The notes beneath the pieces are model-generated. The model ran no database searches. It was not told where the DNA came from and worked only from the letters and a program-made list of their open reading frames with translations. Position numbers and translations under genes: made by a program. Shown piece after piece: positions 23,886-34,263 of a DNA stretch of 64,000 nucleotides. The stretch's first letter is position 1, and each line of letters starts with the position of its first letter. This stretch comes from Rebecca billardiae RCC1528 (lineage: Eukaryota > Protista > Haptophyta): the NCBI GenBank assembly GCA_965240325.2, contig OZ251253.1, forward strand, positions 124,001 to 188,000, written 5' to 3'.

Positions 23886-26800
23886 ATGACCGAGCTCGCG
23901 CGCCGCCTCGCGCGGCTCGACGCGCGGCTCTCGGGCCTGGAGCACTCGGCGCCGCCGCCCGCCGCCCCCCCCGCCCCGCACGACGCCGCCGCCGCCGCCG
24001 CCACCACCGCACCGCACCACGCGCGCCGCGCCGCGTCCGCGCCGCCAAGTCCGCACAAGCAGCGCGCGTACACGGCCTACGTGCGAGCGCGGCGCGCGCG
24101 CGCGCGGCGGCGCGCGTTCGGCACGTGGCGCGGCGTCGCGTCGGCGCAGCACGCCACCTCGGCGCGCGCGCACACGCCGCCGCGCGCGCACACGCCGCCG
24201 CGCGCGCACGCGCCGACCGCGGCCGCCACCGCCGCCGCGTCACCCGCCCGTTGGATCCCGCCGCCGGCCAAGACGTCGCCGCCGCCGAAGCGGCCGCCGG
24301 CGGTGGCGCTGCGGTACGAGCGCGACCGGCGGCAGCTCGAGCTCATGCGCCGCGTCGCGCTGCGCTGGGCCGCGCGCAGCGCGACGCCCGGCGCCGACGG
24401 CGCGCCGCCGCGCGCGCCGGCGCTGCATCCGCCGCACGTGGCGGCGGCCGCGGCCGCGCGCGCCGCGGCGCCGCCGCACCAGCTCCCGCGGGCGCTCCCG
24501 TGCGCGGAGGGCGCGCCGCCGCACGCCGCGCTCGCGCCCCTCTTCGCAGAGACGCTCGCGCGCTGGGCGTGCCAGCGCGCGGCCGAGGCCGTCGCGCGCC
24601 TGCGCGCGCGGCGCGCGCGCGCGCGGCTGCGCGCGGCGCGCGGCGCGCAGGCGCGCGTGCACGCGTGGGCGCGCGGCGCGCGGCGCGCGCTGCGCATCTG
24701 GCTCGCGCGGCGCAAGCGCGGCGCGGCGCTCGGCGCACTGCGCGCGCGCGCACTCGAGGGGCGCGCGCAGCGCAGGGCGCGCGCCGCGCTCGGCGCGCTC
24801 GGCGCGCGCGCGGCGCGGCGCGGCGCGCGCGCGCGCGGCGCGCGCGGCGCGGCGCGGCGCGCGCGCGGCCGCGCGCTCGCGCGCTGGGCGGCGGCCGCGG
24901 CCGCGCGCGCGCCGCTCGCCGCGGCGGCGCGCGCGTGGCGCACGTTCGGCGGCGCGCGCGGCTGGCGCGCGTGGCGCGCGGCCGCGGCCGCGCGCGCCGC
25001 GCACGCGCCGCCGCGCGCGCTCCGCCGCCGCGCGCTCGGCCGCTGGGTGGCGTGGGCGCGCGCGTGGCGCGGCCGCGCGCGCGCAGTCGCGGCCGCGCAG
25101 CGCGCCGGCGCGCACTGGCGGCGCGGCGCGCGCGGCGGCGCGTGGGCGGCGTGGGCGGCCGCGGCGTCGGCGGCGTCGGCGGGCGCGCGCGCGCTGCGCG
25201 CGTGGCGCGCGCGCGCGCGCGGCGCGGCGTGGCGCGCGTGGGCGGCGAGCGCGCGCGTGCGCGCGCTCGCCGCGCGCGGCGCAGACGCGTGGGCCGCACG
25301 CGCCGGCGCGCGCGGCGGCCGCGCGGGCGGCGCGCTGCGCGCGTGGCGCCGCGCCGCGGCGGCGCGCGGCCGCGCGCTCGGCCGCGTCGGCGCGGCCGCC
25401 GCGCGGTGGCGCGCCGGCGGCGTGGCGCGCGCGCTGCGCCGGTGGGCGGAGGCGGCGGAGGCGCGCTGGGCCGCCGCAGACGCCGTCGCCGACGCGCTGA
25501 GCGTGTGGCGCGGCGGCCGCGCGGGCGGCGCGCTGCGCGCGTGGCGCCGCGCGGCCGCGGAGGGCGCGCGCGGCCGCGCGCTGCGGCGCGGCGCGGCGCG
25601 CGCGTGGCGCGGCGCGCGCGCGGGCCGCGCGCTACGCACGTGGGCGGCGGCTGCGGCGCGCGCGGCGCACGCGCTCGCGCGCGTGCGCGACGCCGCCGCC
25701 ATGTGGCGCGGCGGCCTCGCCGCCGAGGCGCTGCGCGCGTGGCACGCCACCGCAGCCGCCGCCGCGCGCGCCGCCGCGCTGCGCGGCCGCGTCGCGCGCG
25801 CGTGGCGCGGCGCGCGGCGCGGCCGCGCGCTGCGCGCGTGGGCGGCCGCGGCGGCGGCGCGCGTCGACGCGCTGGTGCGCGTGCGCGCCGCGGCGAGCAT
25901 GTGGCGCGGCGGCTTGCTCGGCGAGGCGCTGCGCGCGTGGCGCGCCACCACCGCCGCCGCCGCGCGCGCGGCCGCGCTGCGCGGCCGCGTCGCGCGCGCG
26001 TGGCGCGGCTCGCGCCGCGGCCGCGCGCTGCGCGCGTGGGCGGCCGCGGCCGCCGCGCGCACCGCCGCGCTGCGCCGCGTGGCGGAGGCGGCGGGCATGT
26101 GGCGCGGCGGCTTGCTCGGCGAGGCACTGCGCGCGTGGCACCACACTGCCGCCGCTGCGGTGCGCGCCACCGCGCTGCGCGGCCGCGTCGCGCGCGCGTG
26201 GCGCGGCGCGCGCCGCGGCCGCGCGCTGCGCGCGTGGGCGGCCGCGGCGGCCGCGGCCGCGGCCGCGGCCGACGCGGCGGCCGACGCGGCGGCGGTGTGG
26301 CGCGGCGGGCTGCTCGGCGAGGCGTTCCGGCTGTGGCGCGCGCGCGCGCGCGCGCTGCTGCGCACGCTCGTGCTGCGCCGCGCCGCCGCGCGCGTGTGGC
26401 GCGGCGGCCGCGCCGCGGCCGCGCTGCGCGCGTGGGCGGCCGCGGCCGCGCCGCGCGCCGCCGCGCGCCGAGCCGCGCGCGCCGCCGCCGCCGCGTGGCG
26501 CGGCGGGCTCGCGGCGGATGCGCTCTGGGCGTGGCGCGCGCACGCGCGCGCGCGCGCGCGCGCGCACGACGCCGCGCGCGACGCGCGCGCGCGCGCCGCC
26601 GCGGCGGCCGTGCGCGCGTGGGCCGCCGCCGCGCGCGCGCTCGGCGGCGCGCGGCGCGCGGCGCGCGCGCTGCGCGCCGCGCGCGCCGCGCCTGCGGCCG
26701 CGCGCTGGCGCGCGGCCGCGGCGCGGCTGCACGCGGCGCGGCTGCGCGGCGTGCGCGCGGCGCGCGTGTGGCGCGGCGGCGCGCGACTCGGCGCGCTGCG

Positions 26801-28085
26801 CGCGTGGGCGCGCGCCGCGTCCGCGCGCGCCGAACGCGCGGACGCGGCCGCGCGGCACGCGGCCGCGGCGACGCTGCGGCGCGCGGCGGCGGGCGCGGCG
26901 CGCGCAGCGCGCTCGCGCGCGCCCGCCGCGCCCGCGGCGGCGGCGGCGGCGGCGGCGCGGCGGCGCGCGATGCGGCGGTGCGTGCGCGCGTGGGCGCTGG
27001 GCGTGCGCGCGCGCAACCTCACGCGCCTCCGCGCGCGCGTGCTGCGCACCGCGCGCGCCCGCCGGCTGCGCGCGTGGGCGGCGGCCGCGGCGGCGGGCGG
27101 CGCCGCGCGCGGCCGCGGCGCCGCGGCCGCGCGCGTCGCGCGCGCGTGCGCGCTCGACTCGGCGGTGCACCGCTGGCGCGCGCGCGCGGACGCGCGTCGC
27201 GCGCGCGTGCGCGCGGCGACGCGCACGCGGCTGCGCGGGCGGCTGGGCGAGTGCGCCGCCATCGCCGCCGAGCTGCGCGCGGCGGCGGGGCTGCCGCCGC
27301 GGCCGCTGCGGCGCGCGCGGCTGGCGGCGGCGACCGCGGCGGCGGCGCCCGGCGGCGGCTTCGGCGGCGCGCGCAGCGCGGCGGTGCGCGCCGGCCCGGC
27401 CGACGCCGACGCCGAGGACGCGGCCTCCGACGCCGACGCTGCCGCCGCCGCGCTCGGCGCCGACCCCGCCAGCCCCGGCGGCAGCCCGCGCGCCGCCGGC
27501 CGCGCCGCCGCCGCCGGCCGCGCCGCCGGCGCCGGCCGCTGGCCGGGCGGCGTGCCGCCGCAGCTCTCGCCGACGCCCCTCTACCGTTCTGTGGCGGAGC
27601 TGACGGCGCTGGGGCTGCTGGCGGGCGGGCGGGCCGCGCGGCCGAGCTCGGACCACGAGGCCGCGCCCGTGCCGCGCGCGCTGCACGCCGCAGCGTCGCC
27701 GCCGACTCGCGCGCCGCGGCCGGCGCGCGGCAGCGGCGGCAGCGGCTCCGCCGCCGCGGCCGGCGGCGCGCCGGTCGGCGGCGGCGCTGCGCCTCACGAG
27801 CGCGGGGGCGGCATTCTGGGCGCGCCGGGCGTGGAGGTGGGCTCATTGGTGGGCGCTCGCGCGTGCGGCTGGCCGCCGGTCGGCGGCACCGCCGCGGCCG
27901 CCGGCGGCGGCGGCGGCGGCGCGGTGGCGGCGGCGCGCGCCGCGGCCGCGCGCCTCCTAGCGGCGGCGCCGCCCGCGGACGCGGCGGACGAGGCGGAGGA
28001 GACGGGCGAGCGCATCGGGGGCGAGGGCGAGGAGGCGTCCGGGGCCCCGGGAGCCGTCGCCGTCGACGTGCTCTGGGGCCTCTGA
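23886..28085 (+). CDS. Sfi1-repeat (centrin-binding-like) helical protein
   Basis: Many A/LxxAW(R/A) Trp repeats. The core has a 198-nt (66 aa = 2 x 33 aa) period, with MWRGGL..EALRAW units at 25701, 25899, 26097 and 26295. This fits the ~33-aa Sfi1 repeat (Ax7LLx3F/Lx2WR). Confidence 0.7.
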   Translation: MTELARRLARLDARLSGLEHSAPPPAAPPAPHDAAAAAATTAPHHARRAASAPPSPHKQRAYTAYVRARRARARRRAFGTWRGVASAQHATSARAHTPPRAHTPPRAHAPTAAATAAASPARWIPPPAKTSPPPKRPPAVALRYERDRRQLELMRRVALRWAARSATPGADGAPPRAPALHPPHVAAAAAARAAAPPHQLPRALPCAEGAPPHAALAPLFAETLARWACQRAAEAVARLRARRARARLRAARGAQARVHAWARGARRALRIWLARRKRGAALGALRARALEGRAQRRARAALGALGARAARRGARARGARGAARRARGRALARWAAAAAARAPLAAAARAWRTFGGARGWRAWRAAAAARAAHAPPRALRRRALGRWVAWARAWRGRARAVAAAQRAGAHWRRGARGGAWAAWAAAASAASAGARALRAWRARARGAAWRAWAASARVRALAARGADAWAARAGARGGRAGGALRAWRRAAAARGRALGRVGAAAARWRAGGVARALRRWAEAAEARWAAADAVADALSVWRGGRAGGALRAWRRAAAEGARGRALRRGAARAWRGARAGRALRTWAAAAARAAHALARVRDAAAMWRGGLAAEALRAWHATAAAAARAAALRGRVARAWRGARRGRALRAWAAAAAARVDALVRVRAAASMWRGGLLGEALRAWRATTAAAARAAALRGRVARAWRGSRRGRALRAWAAAAAARTAALRRVAEAAGMWRGGLLGEALRAWHHTAAAAVRATALRGRVARAWRGARRGRALRAWAAAAAAAAAAADAAADAAAVWRGGLLGEAFRLWRARARALLRTLVLRRAAARVWRGGRAAAALRAWAAAAAPRAAARRAARAAAAAWRGGLAADALWAWRAHARARARAHDAARDARARAAAAAVRAWAAAARALGGARRAARALRAARAAPAAARWRAAAARLHAARLRGVRAARVWRGGARLGALRAWARAASARAERADAAARHAAAATLRRAAAGAARAARSRAPAAPAAAAAAAARRRAMRRCVRAWALGVRARNLTRLRARVLRTARARRLRAWAAAAAAGGAARGRGAAAARVARACALDSAVHRWRARADARRARVRAATRTRLRGRLGECAAIAAELRAAAGLPPRPLRRARLAAATAAAAPGGGFGGARSAAVRAGPADADAEDAASDADAAAAALGADPASPGGSPRAAGRAAAAGRAAGAGRWPGGVPPQLSPTPLYRSVAELTALGLLAGGRAARPSSDHEAAPVPRALHAAASPPTRAPRPARGSGGSGSAAAAGGAPVGGGAAPHERGGGILGAPGVEVGSLVGARACGWPPVGGTAAAAGGGGGGAVAAARAAAARLLAAAPPADAADEAEETGERIGGEGEEASGAPGAVAVDVLWGL

Positions 28086-28421
28086 CGCCGAGCCGCCCTT
28101 TTCGCCGCGCTGGCTGCGGCTTGCGGCAGCGGTGGCAGCGGCCATCGCCCGGCAGCGGCCGAGGCGACCCGGGTTCGTCCGTGCGCTCAGACGACGAGGC
28201 GCGAACCACCTGGCTGCAGAACGGCGCGCCAGACCACTAGAAACGGTCGCCGGCTCGTAGAAACGACTCACTGGCGCGGCTCACACTACAAAGTTGAGTA
28301 ACCCGGCGTACCGGTCGGCTCCCTGAAAGTACCAGGGTCGCGGCACGCACGCCCCAAACCTCGTCTCACCGACCTGAGAGCCCGCACGCCTCCGCCGCGC
28401 TCTCTCCCGCCCCTCCTCACC

Positions 28422-28748
28422 ATGTCGCACTCGATGATCGACACCACGCTCCCGGCGACGCGCCGCGACCGCCGGCTGTACCGCAACGGCTCGCAGCGAC
28501 TCAGCTTCACCGGCGAGGGCAACCACGAGCTCGCCGCCGCGCTCAAGCAGGCGGCCGACCACAGCGAGCCGTTCCACTCGCCGCGCGTCTCGACGGACTC
28601 GAGCGCGCCGCTCTACACGAAGCGCGACCGGCTGGCGGTGCGCAGCTGGCGCGGCTTTGAGGGCCTCGCGGTGACGCACGGCTGGAGCGTCGACGATCCG
28701 GTCAAGAAGGCCGCGCCCGCGCCGCAGGACGTGCAGGCCGGCGGCTAG
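28422..28748 (+). CDS. Small unknown protein, family copy 1 (108 aa, ends VQAGG)
   Basis: Paralogous to three downstream ORFs; strong G/C-ending codon bias; CACC-ATG start context. Confidence 0.85.
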   Translation: MSHSMIDTTLPATRRDRRLYRNGSQRLSFTGEGNHELAAALKQAADHSEPFHSPRVSTDSSAPLYTKRDRLAVRSWRGFEGLAVTHGWSVDDPVKKAAPAPQDVQAGG

Positions 28749-30124
28749 GCGCGCCGCGCAACCGGCGCTGAACATCACCATGCGCTGGACCGGCGCAACA
28801 GCAGCCTCGTCCACCTAGTGCACACTACACTCGACGCACACCCGCACCGTCGTGTCCGCTCAACCTGCACCCAGTTCGTGACCCGCACTCGTGTCTGTAC
28901 CCTACGCTCGCTCCGGCCCGCGGGCGCCACCGGCGCCCCGCCGCCCCGCGGGCCCGGCGGCGTCGCCGGCCCGCCGGCCCGCGCGGTCGGCCCGTGCGGC
29001 TGCCGCGTCGGGTGTGGCAGCAAGTCACTGTGATTGCACACCCAGTCCGATTGATCAGTCTGCCATCTCCGGCCTGCCCGCTGAAGCACCTCTACTACTA
29101 TGCAAGCAAACTGTACGGTAGCGAGAGTATGTCAGCGTTCCGCGGTTGGACAGTACTTGACGCCGGTTTGGCGCCCGCGCGGCGAGGGCGACGACGGGCG
29201 TACACGGGGCCCGCGGCGGCGGGAAGCGCGCGGGCGCGGCCGAGAACGGCACGGTCCGGACGCCTCTCGCCAGCCGCGGACGCGCACCGCGCCTCCTCCT
29301 CGCACGCTGCTAACTTGATCCGGGTTAAACGGTGGTTTTGCTGCCGACCAGCTCAAGTTCCACGGCTGGTCAAGGTTCGGCTTGCGACCTCGCCGCTGGT
29401 GCTTGCAAGAAGGTACATGAGTTGGTCGAACTCCCACGCACCCGCTCTGCGCTCGTCGACGCCCTCTGAAGGTGACTCGGGGTGCATGCGGGGCAGTGGA
29501 ATGCAGTGGTTCGGCGTTGCCTCTCAGTCGTCCAGCGCGCAGGCCATGTAGCGCGGGTGTGGTGCGCGCATGGCCCGGTAATTCGGTCGCGGCATGTCTG
29601 TCTGGGCTGCCCAAGGCCTGCCGCACCGCAAAGCGAGCGCTCAGGAGCGTGTGCCGACCGTGCCAGCCCCGCCGAGATGGGGCACTTCGCTGGGAAATGC
29701 GGTGTCAAGTTCCAAGCCCCGCCAAGTTCCAACGAGCGCTCCATAAGCAGTTGGACTTCAGATCCGTTGATCGTCTGACACGCCTGACTGAGCACCATCA
29801 CTCATCAGCGGACTGTCGTCTCGGTCTGCGAAGACCAGTACGCTGGCGCGTTCCGTGAAAAACCGCCGCCAAGTCACAAGTGTTTCGGCTTGATGACGTC
29901 GCGGACGGAACGGGCAAGTTGCAAGAAAGCTCCTGTTTTTAAGCCGCTCAGCGCCCTATTCATCGTTGACGGGCACTCGCGAAAAGCCCACAGCAAAAGC
30001 TCGCGACGAACCCTGAACTTGAATTGAGCAGGATCTCGTGGCGAGCTCGCCTCCACCTGACGCGTCCACACACAATCGCAACCTCGAGCCACCGCCTCGA
30101 ACCCGCCCCGCAACCACCACCGCC

Positions 30125-30403
30125 ATGTCGCACTCGATGATCGACACCACGCTCCCGGAGACGCGCCGCGACCGCCGGCAGTACCGCAACGGCACGCAGC
30201 GCCTCAGCTTCACCGACGACCCCGAGCTCCACGCCGCGCTCAAGCACGGCCACACCGACGAGTCGCCGCTCGCCTCGCCGCGCATCAACCCGACCGCGGC
30301 GCCGATCTACACGCAGCGCGACCGTCTCGCCGTGCGCAGCTGGCGAGGGTTCGAGAACCTCGCGGCGACGCACGCGTGGTCGGTCGAGGACACGCACGCA
30401 TAG
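30125..30403 (+). CDS. Small unknown protein, family copy 2 (92 aa)
   Basis: MSHSMIDTTLPETRRDRRQYRNG...IYTQRDRLAVRSWRGFENLAATHAWSV; GCC-ATG start context. Confidence 0.85.
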   Translation: MSHSMIDTTLPETRRDRRQYRNGTQRLSFTDDPELHAALKHGHTDESPLASPRINPTAAPIYTQRDRLAVRSWRGFENLAATHAWSVEDTHA

Positions 30404-31142
30404 GCGCTGCACGACGCCCGAGCCATCGGCCCTCTTGCTGGAGGCGCGCGAGTCCTCCCTAGCCGGCGCACACCACCGCCTTTGTGCACGCCCTGTCGCA
30501 CACTCCCTGTCCTCTGCCAACGAGTCTTTGCCGCACACGCACATCCGTGCCTGTCTCTTTTCGTCTCGCTGCATCTCGTCACTGCCGCCGCTGAGCTCAC
30601 GCTGCACGCGACGGCGGCGCTGCGCCACCGAGCCGCGGCCCGCGCCGGCCCGGCGCCGGCGTCCGCGACACCGGGCGGTCTGACGCTCCGGGCGCGCGGC
30701 GAGGATCAGCTGTCGCAGTGATACGCACCGGCTCCTGCTAGTTCTCTAGACCATGACCGCACCGAGTCAACATTAACTCTCTGAGAACCTAGCTGTCAGG
30801 CCGGCATGCGTCTTGAGCGTTGACGGCACTCTCCGAGAGTCAGTGCGGCGGAGTGGTCCCTGAGCAGCTGAGCGGTTGACGGAGCTCGTCTTTACGCCGC
30901 GGCAGAGAACGTGGCATCATCAGCGGGCCCATTATGATTCATTGGTGGCTGGCAATGAGATCCCGGGGAATCGAACTCGCAAGCCGACGACTAATCTGCC
31001 TCGTCCCAGAGCATCTGCTGTCACATACGGTGGGGGTCGTAATGTGGAAACCGCCAGGAAACGTCCCCAGCCCAGCACGCGTTCAACCACACAACGCAAC
31101 CTCGAGCCACCGCCTCGAACCCGCCCCGCAACCACCACCGCC

Positions 31143-31421
31143 ATGTCGCACTCGATGATCGACACCACGCTCCCGGAGACGCGCCGCGACCGCCGGCAGT
31201 ACCGCAACGGCACGCAGCGCCTCAGCTTCACCGACGATCCCGAGCTCCACGCCGCGCTCAAGCACGGCCACACCGACGAGTCGCCGCTCGCCTCGCCGCG
31301 CATCAACCCGACCGCGGCGCCGATCTACGCGCAGCGCGACCGTCTCGCCGTGCGCAGCTGGCGAGGGTTCGAGAACCTCGCGGCGACGCACGCATGGTCG
31401 GTCGAGGACACGCACGCATAG
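31143..31421 (+). CDS. Small unknown protein, family copy 3 (92 aa)
   Basis: Differs from copy 2 by 3 nt (2 synonymous, 1 T>A). Confidence 0.85.
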   Translation: MSHSMIDTTLPETRRDRRQYRNGTQRLSFTDDPELHAALKHGHTDESPLASPRINPTAAPIYAQRDRLAVRSWRGFENLAATHAWSVEDTHA

Positions 31422-32351
31422 GCGCTGCACGACGCCCGAGCCATCGGCCCTCTTGCTGGAGGCGCGCGCCGCCGCACGCGGCCGCTGAGTCGAGTCCTCC
31501 CTAGCCCGCACACCACCGCCTCTGTGCACGCCCTGTCGCACACTCCCTGTCCTCTGCCAACGAGTCTTTGCCGCACACGCACATCCGTGCCTGTCTCTTT
31601 TCGTCTTGCCGCTTCTCCTCACTGCCGCTGCTGAGCGCACGCTGCACGCGACGGCACTACGCCACAGCCGGCGGCCGCCCGCGCCGGGAGCGCCGCCGCG
31701 GCGGCGCGGGCCGCGAGAGTGCCAACGGCACCGGGTGGTTCGACGCTCCGGGCGCACGGCGTGGCGTGGATCAGCTGTCGCAGTGATACGCACCGCTTCC
31801 TGCTAGTTCTCTAGATGACCGCGCTGATGTCAGTATGGCGTCTCTGAGAAGTTGGCGTACCTGCCTGTGGCGCATTAGCCGTGCAGGCCCGCGGGGCAGG
31901 CCCTGTTCACTGAACCGCAGTCCGCGGGCACGCCTCACGAGCGGTGAGCCACGAGCGGTTCGAGCTCGTCTTTACGCCGCGGCGAGAACGACGTGGCGCT
32001 GCGCCGCTTTCTTATTTAATTAGTGGCCTGTGAGATCCCGGGGGAATCGAAAGCGCGTAGGTCGACGAGTGTCTGCTTCGTCCCAGAGCACGGCACGCGT
32101 GCTTAAATCGGAGGAAGGAATAAGTCGTAATGTGGAACAACTGCCAGGAAACGTCGCGTGAGATACCCGCGTGCGCTTCGTTGTATTGTCATGCCCGAGA
32201 TGCGCGTTCAAGGACATGCGCTACCCAAACCTGAAAGTGCGATCGGGAATATGCGCCGCCGCCAGTTCACAGCCCCAACGACCTGGGCGTTGAGCGCTCA
32301 CCGCCCAAAGCCTGCTCCCCAGACGCACGCCCCAAACCACCCCATCCGCCC

Positions 32352-32687
32352 ATGTCGCACGCGATGATCGACCACTCGCTCCCGGAGACGCGGCGAGACC
32401 GCCGACAGTACCGCAACGGCGCGCAGCACCTCGCCGCGACCACGCTCACCGCCGACGAGCTCGACGCCATGATCCAGCGCGCCGGCGTCGAGAGGAAGCC
32501 CGCCGCCGCGCCGTCTAGCCTCAACCTCGACACGTCCACCATCTACACGGTGCGCGACCGGCTCAGGGTGCGCAGCTGGACGGGCTTCGAGGCGCTCGCG
32601 GTGACGCACGGATGGAGCGTCAACCAGCCCGCACCCGCGATGAAGAAGGCCGCGCCGGACGTCCCCGAGGTGCAGGCCGGCGGCTGA
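32352..32687 (+). CDS. Small unknown protein, family copy 4 (111 aa, ends VQAGG)
   Basis: Keeps both conserved blocks and the KKAAP..VQAGG tail of copy 1; the middle region has diverged. Confidence 0.85.
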   Translation: MSHAMIDHSLPETRRDRRQYRNGAQHLAATTLTADELDAMIQRAGVERKPAAAPSSLNLDTSTIYTVRDRLRVRSWTGFEALAVTHGWSVNQPAPAMKKAAPDVPEVQAGG

Positions 32688-33286
32688 GCGCGGCCACGCC
32701 GACGCGCCCCCGCCAAGGCGCCGCACACTCTCGCGCACACGCAGCAGCACCGTCCGTCGCAGTCCAACCGTGCACGCACTCGTCCCGCACACGCTCGTCT
32801 CGCTCGTACGCCTTTGCACCGACCAGTCTCCGCCTCCGTCCGCACTCAGCACCACCCAGCAGCACCCCGCCGTCACAAACCGTCCCGAGTTCCGCAGCGC
32901 CCGGGGACCGGTCTGAATTAGCCAGACGCCGCGGCCCCGGGGTCTTCCGGCGGCACGGCAGTATACCGCGCACTACTTAGTATAGCAGTATAGGCTACTG
33001 CTGCTGACGAATACGCTGATGATATCGTACATCATCGCGCGATATCGATCATCCACGCGTCGCTCTGATACGATGACGATGACTGCCAGCGATCGTCATC
33101 AGTAGAGCCTAGACTGGCCAGCGAGCGTCGCGAGTCGGCGACGCCTGCGGACCCGGACCTGGCAGCACCTGCGCGGCGCGCTGCGTAGTCCGACGCGACG
33201 AGTCAGACCTCTGCATGCCGAGCTGGGGCGCCCGTCCGCCGGCTGCGCGGCCGCCGGTGCGGTGCCACCCCGTCGTCACGCCCGGC

Positions 33287-33928
33287 TCAGGCGTCGAGCT
33301 CGGCGCGGCCGCCGGGCACCGCCGCCGCCGTCCCGCGCGGCAGCACGCTGCAGCCGGACACGCGGTGCGCGCGCAGCGCGGGCGTGCGCTCGAGGACGAG
33401 CCACAGCCACAGCCGGTTGCGCACGCGGCGGCGCGCGGCGAGCGCGCGCCGGCTGCTGAGCAGGTGCTCGCCCAGGCTCGGCCCGGAGCCGCGCTCCGCC
33501 ACCGACGGCGGCAGGCCGGCCTCGGCCAGCAGCCGCGCGCGCTGGCTCACATACAGGCGCCAAATTTTGGCCCAGCCGGTATAGCGCCGCTGCAGGGCGG
33601 CCAGCTCGGCGAGCTGGGCCGCGCGGCCGGGCGAGCGCGCCGGGTCCGGGCCGGCGGGGCCGGGCGCGCCGCGCTCGTGCGCGCGCGGCGCGGCGAGCGC
33701 GGGCGGCGGCCGCGCGCGCGCGCGCGGCGCGGGCGCGCGCGGCGGCAGCAACGTCGGCGGCGGCGGCACCGCGCGACCACCGCCTTCCGAGTGGCAGCGA
33801 ATGTGCCAGGGCTGGCGCGGCCGCGGCCGGGCGCCGGCGCCGCCGTCGGCGTGCGCCGCCGCGGGCAGCAGCGCCGCGCCTGCACGCTCCGCCGCCGCAT
33901 CGCCGCCGCTCTCCTCGCCGCCGCTGCC

Positions 33929-33972
<44 letters not shown>

Positions 33973-34212
33973 CATCGGCGTCGGCACCCGCGTGCGCGCC
34001 GGCCGTGGGCGGCGGCGGCGAGGGCGGCGCAGCCGACGCGCGGCGCGGCACGGGCGGCGTCGGCGTGGGCGGCGACGCTGGCGGCGTGGGCGAGATGGGC
34101 GCCGCCGGCGAGTGCCGCGCCGAGCGCGCGCGGCGGAGCGCCGCGCTGCCGCCGGCATGGCCGCCACACCAGCTGCGACCGCGCACGTCCGGCGCGGCGT
34201 CGCGCCAACTGT

Positions 34213-34263
<51 letters not shown>

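Larger units (their letters stand above)
30060..32155 (+). repeat. Tandem segmental duplication, ~1.0-1.1 kb unit (about 30060-31065 and 31077-32155)
   Basis: The two units share the 5' UTR, CDS, 3' region (GGATCAGCTGTCGCAGTGATACGCACC...CTAGTTCTCTAGA) and downstream blocks GAGCTCGTCTTTACGCCGCGGC and GTCGTAATGTGGAA..CCAGGAAACGTC. Confidence 0.9.

Noticed and set aside
28700-28748. VQAGG tail as homology to bacterial Pup (YVQKGGQ/E) or SUMO
   Set aside because: Only a 5-residue resemblance, with no terminal Q/E and no recognisable beta-grasp pattern. Kept only as a hypothesis.
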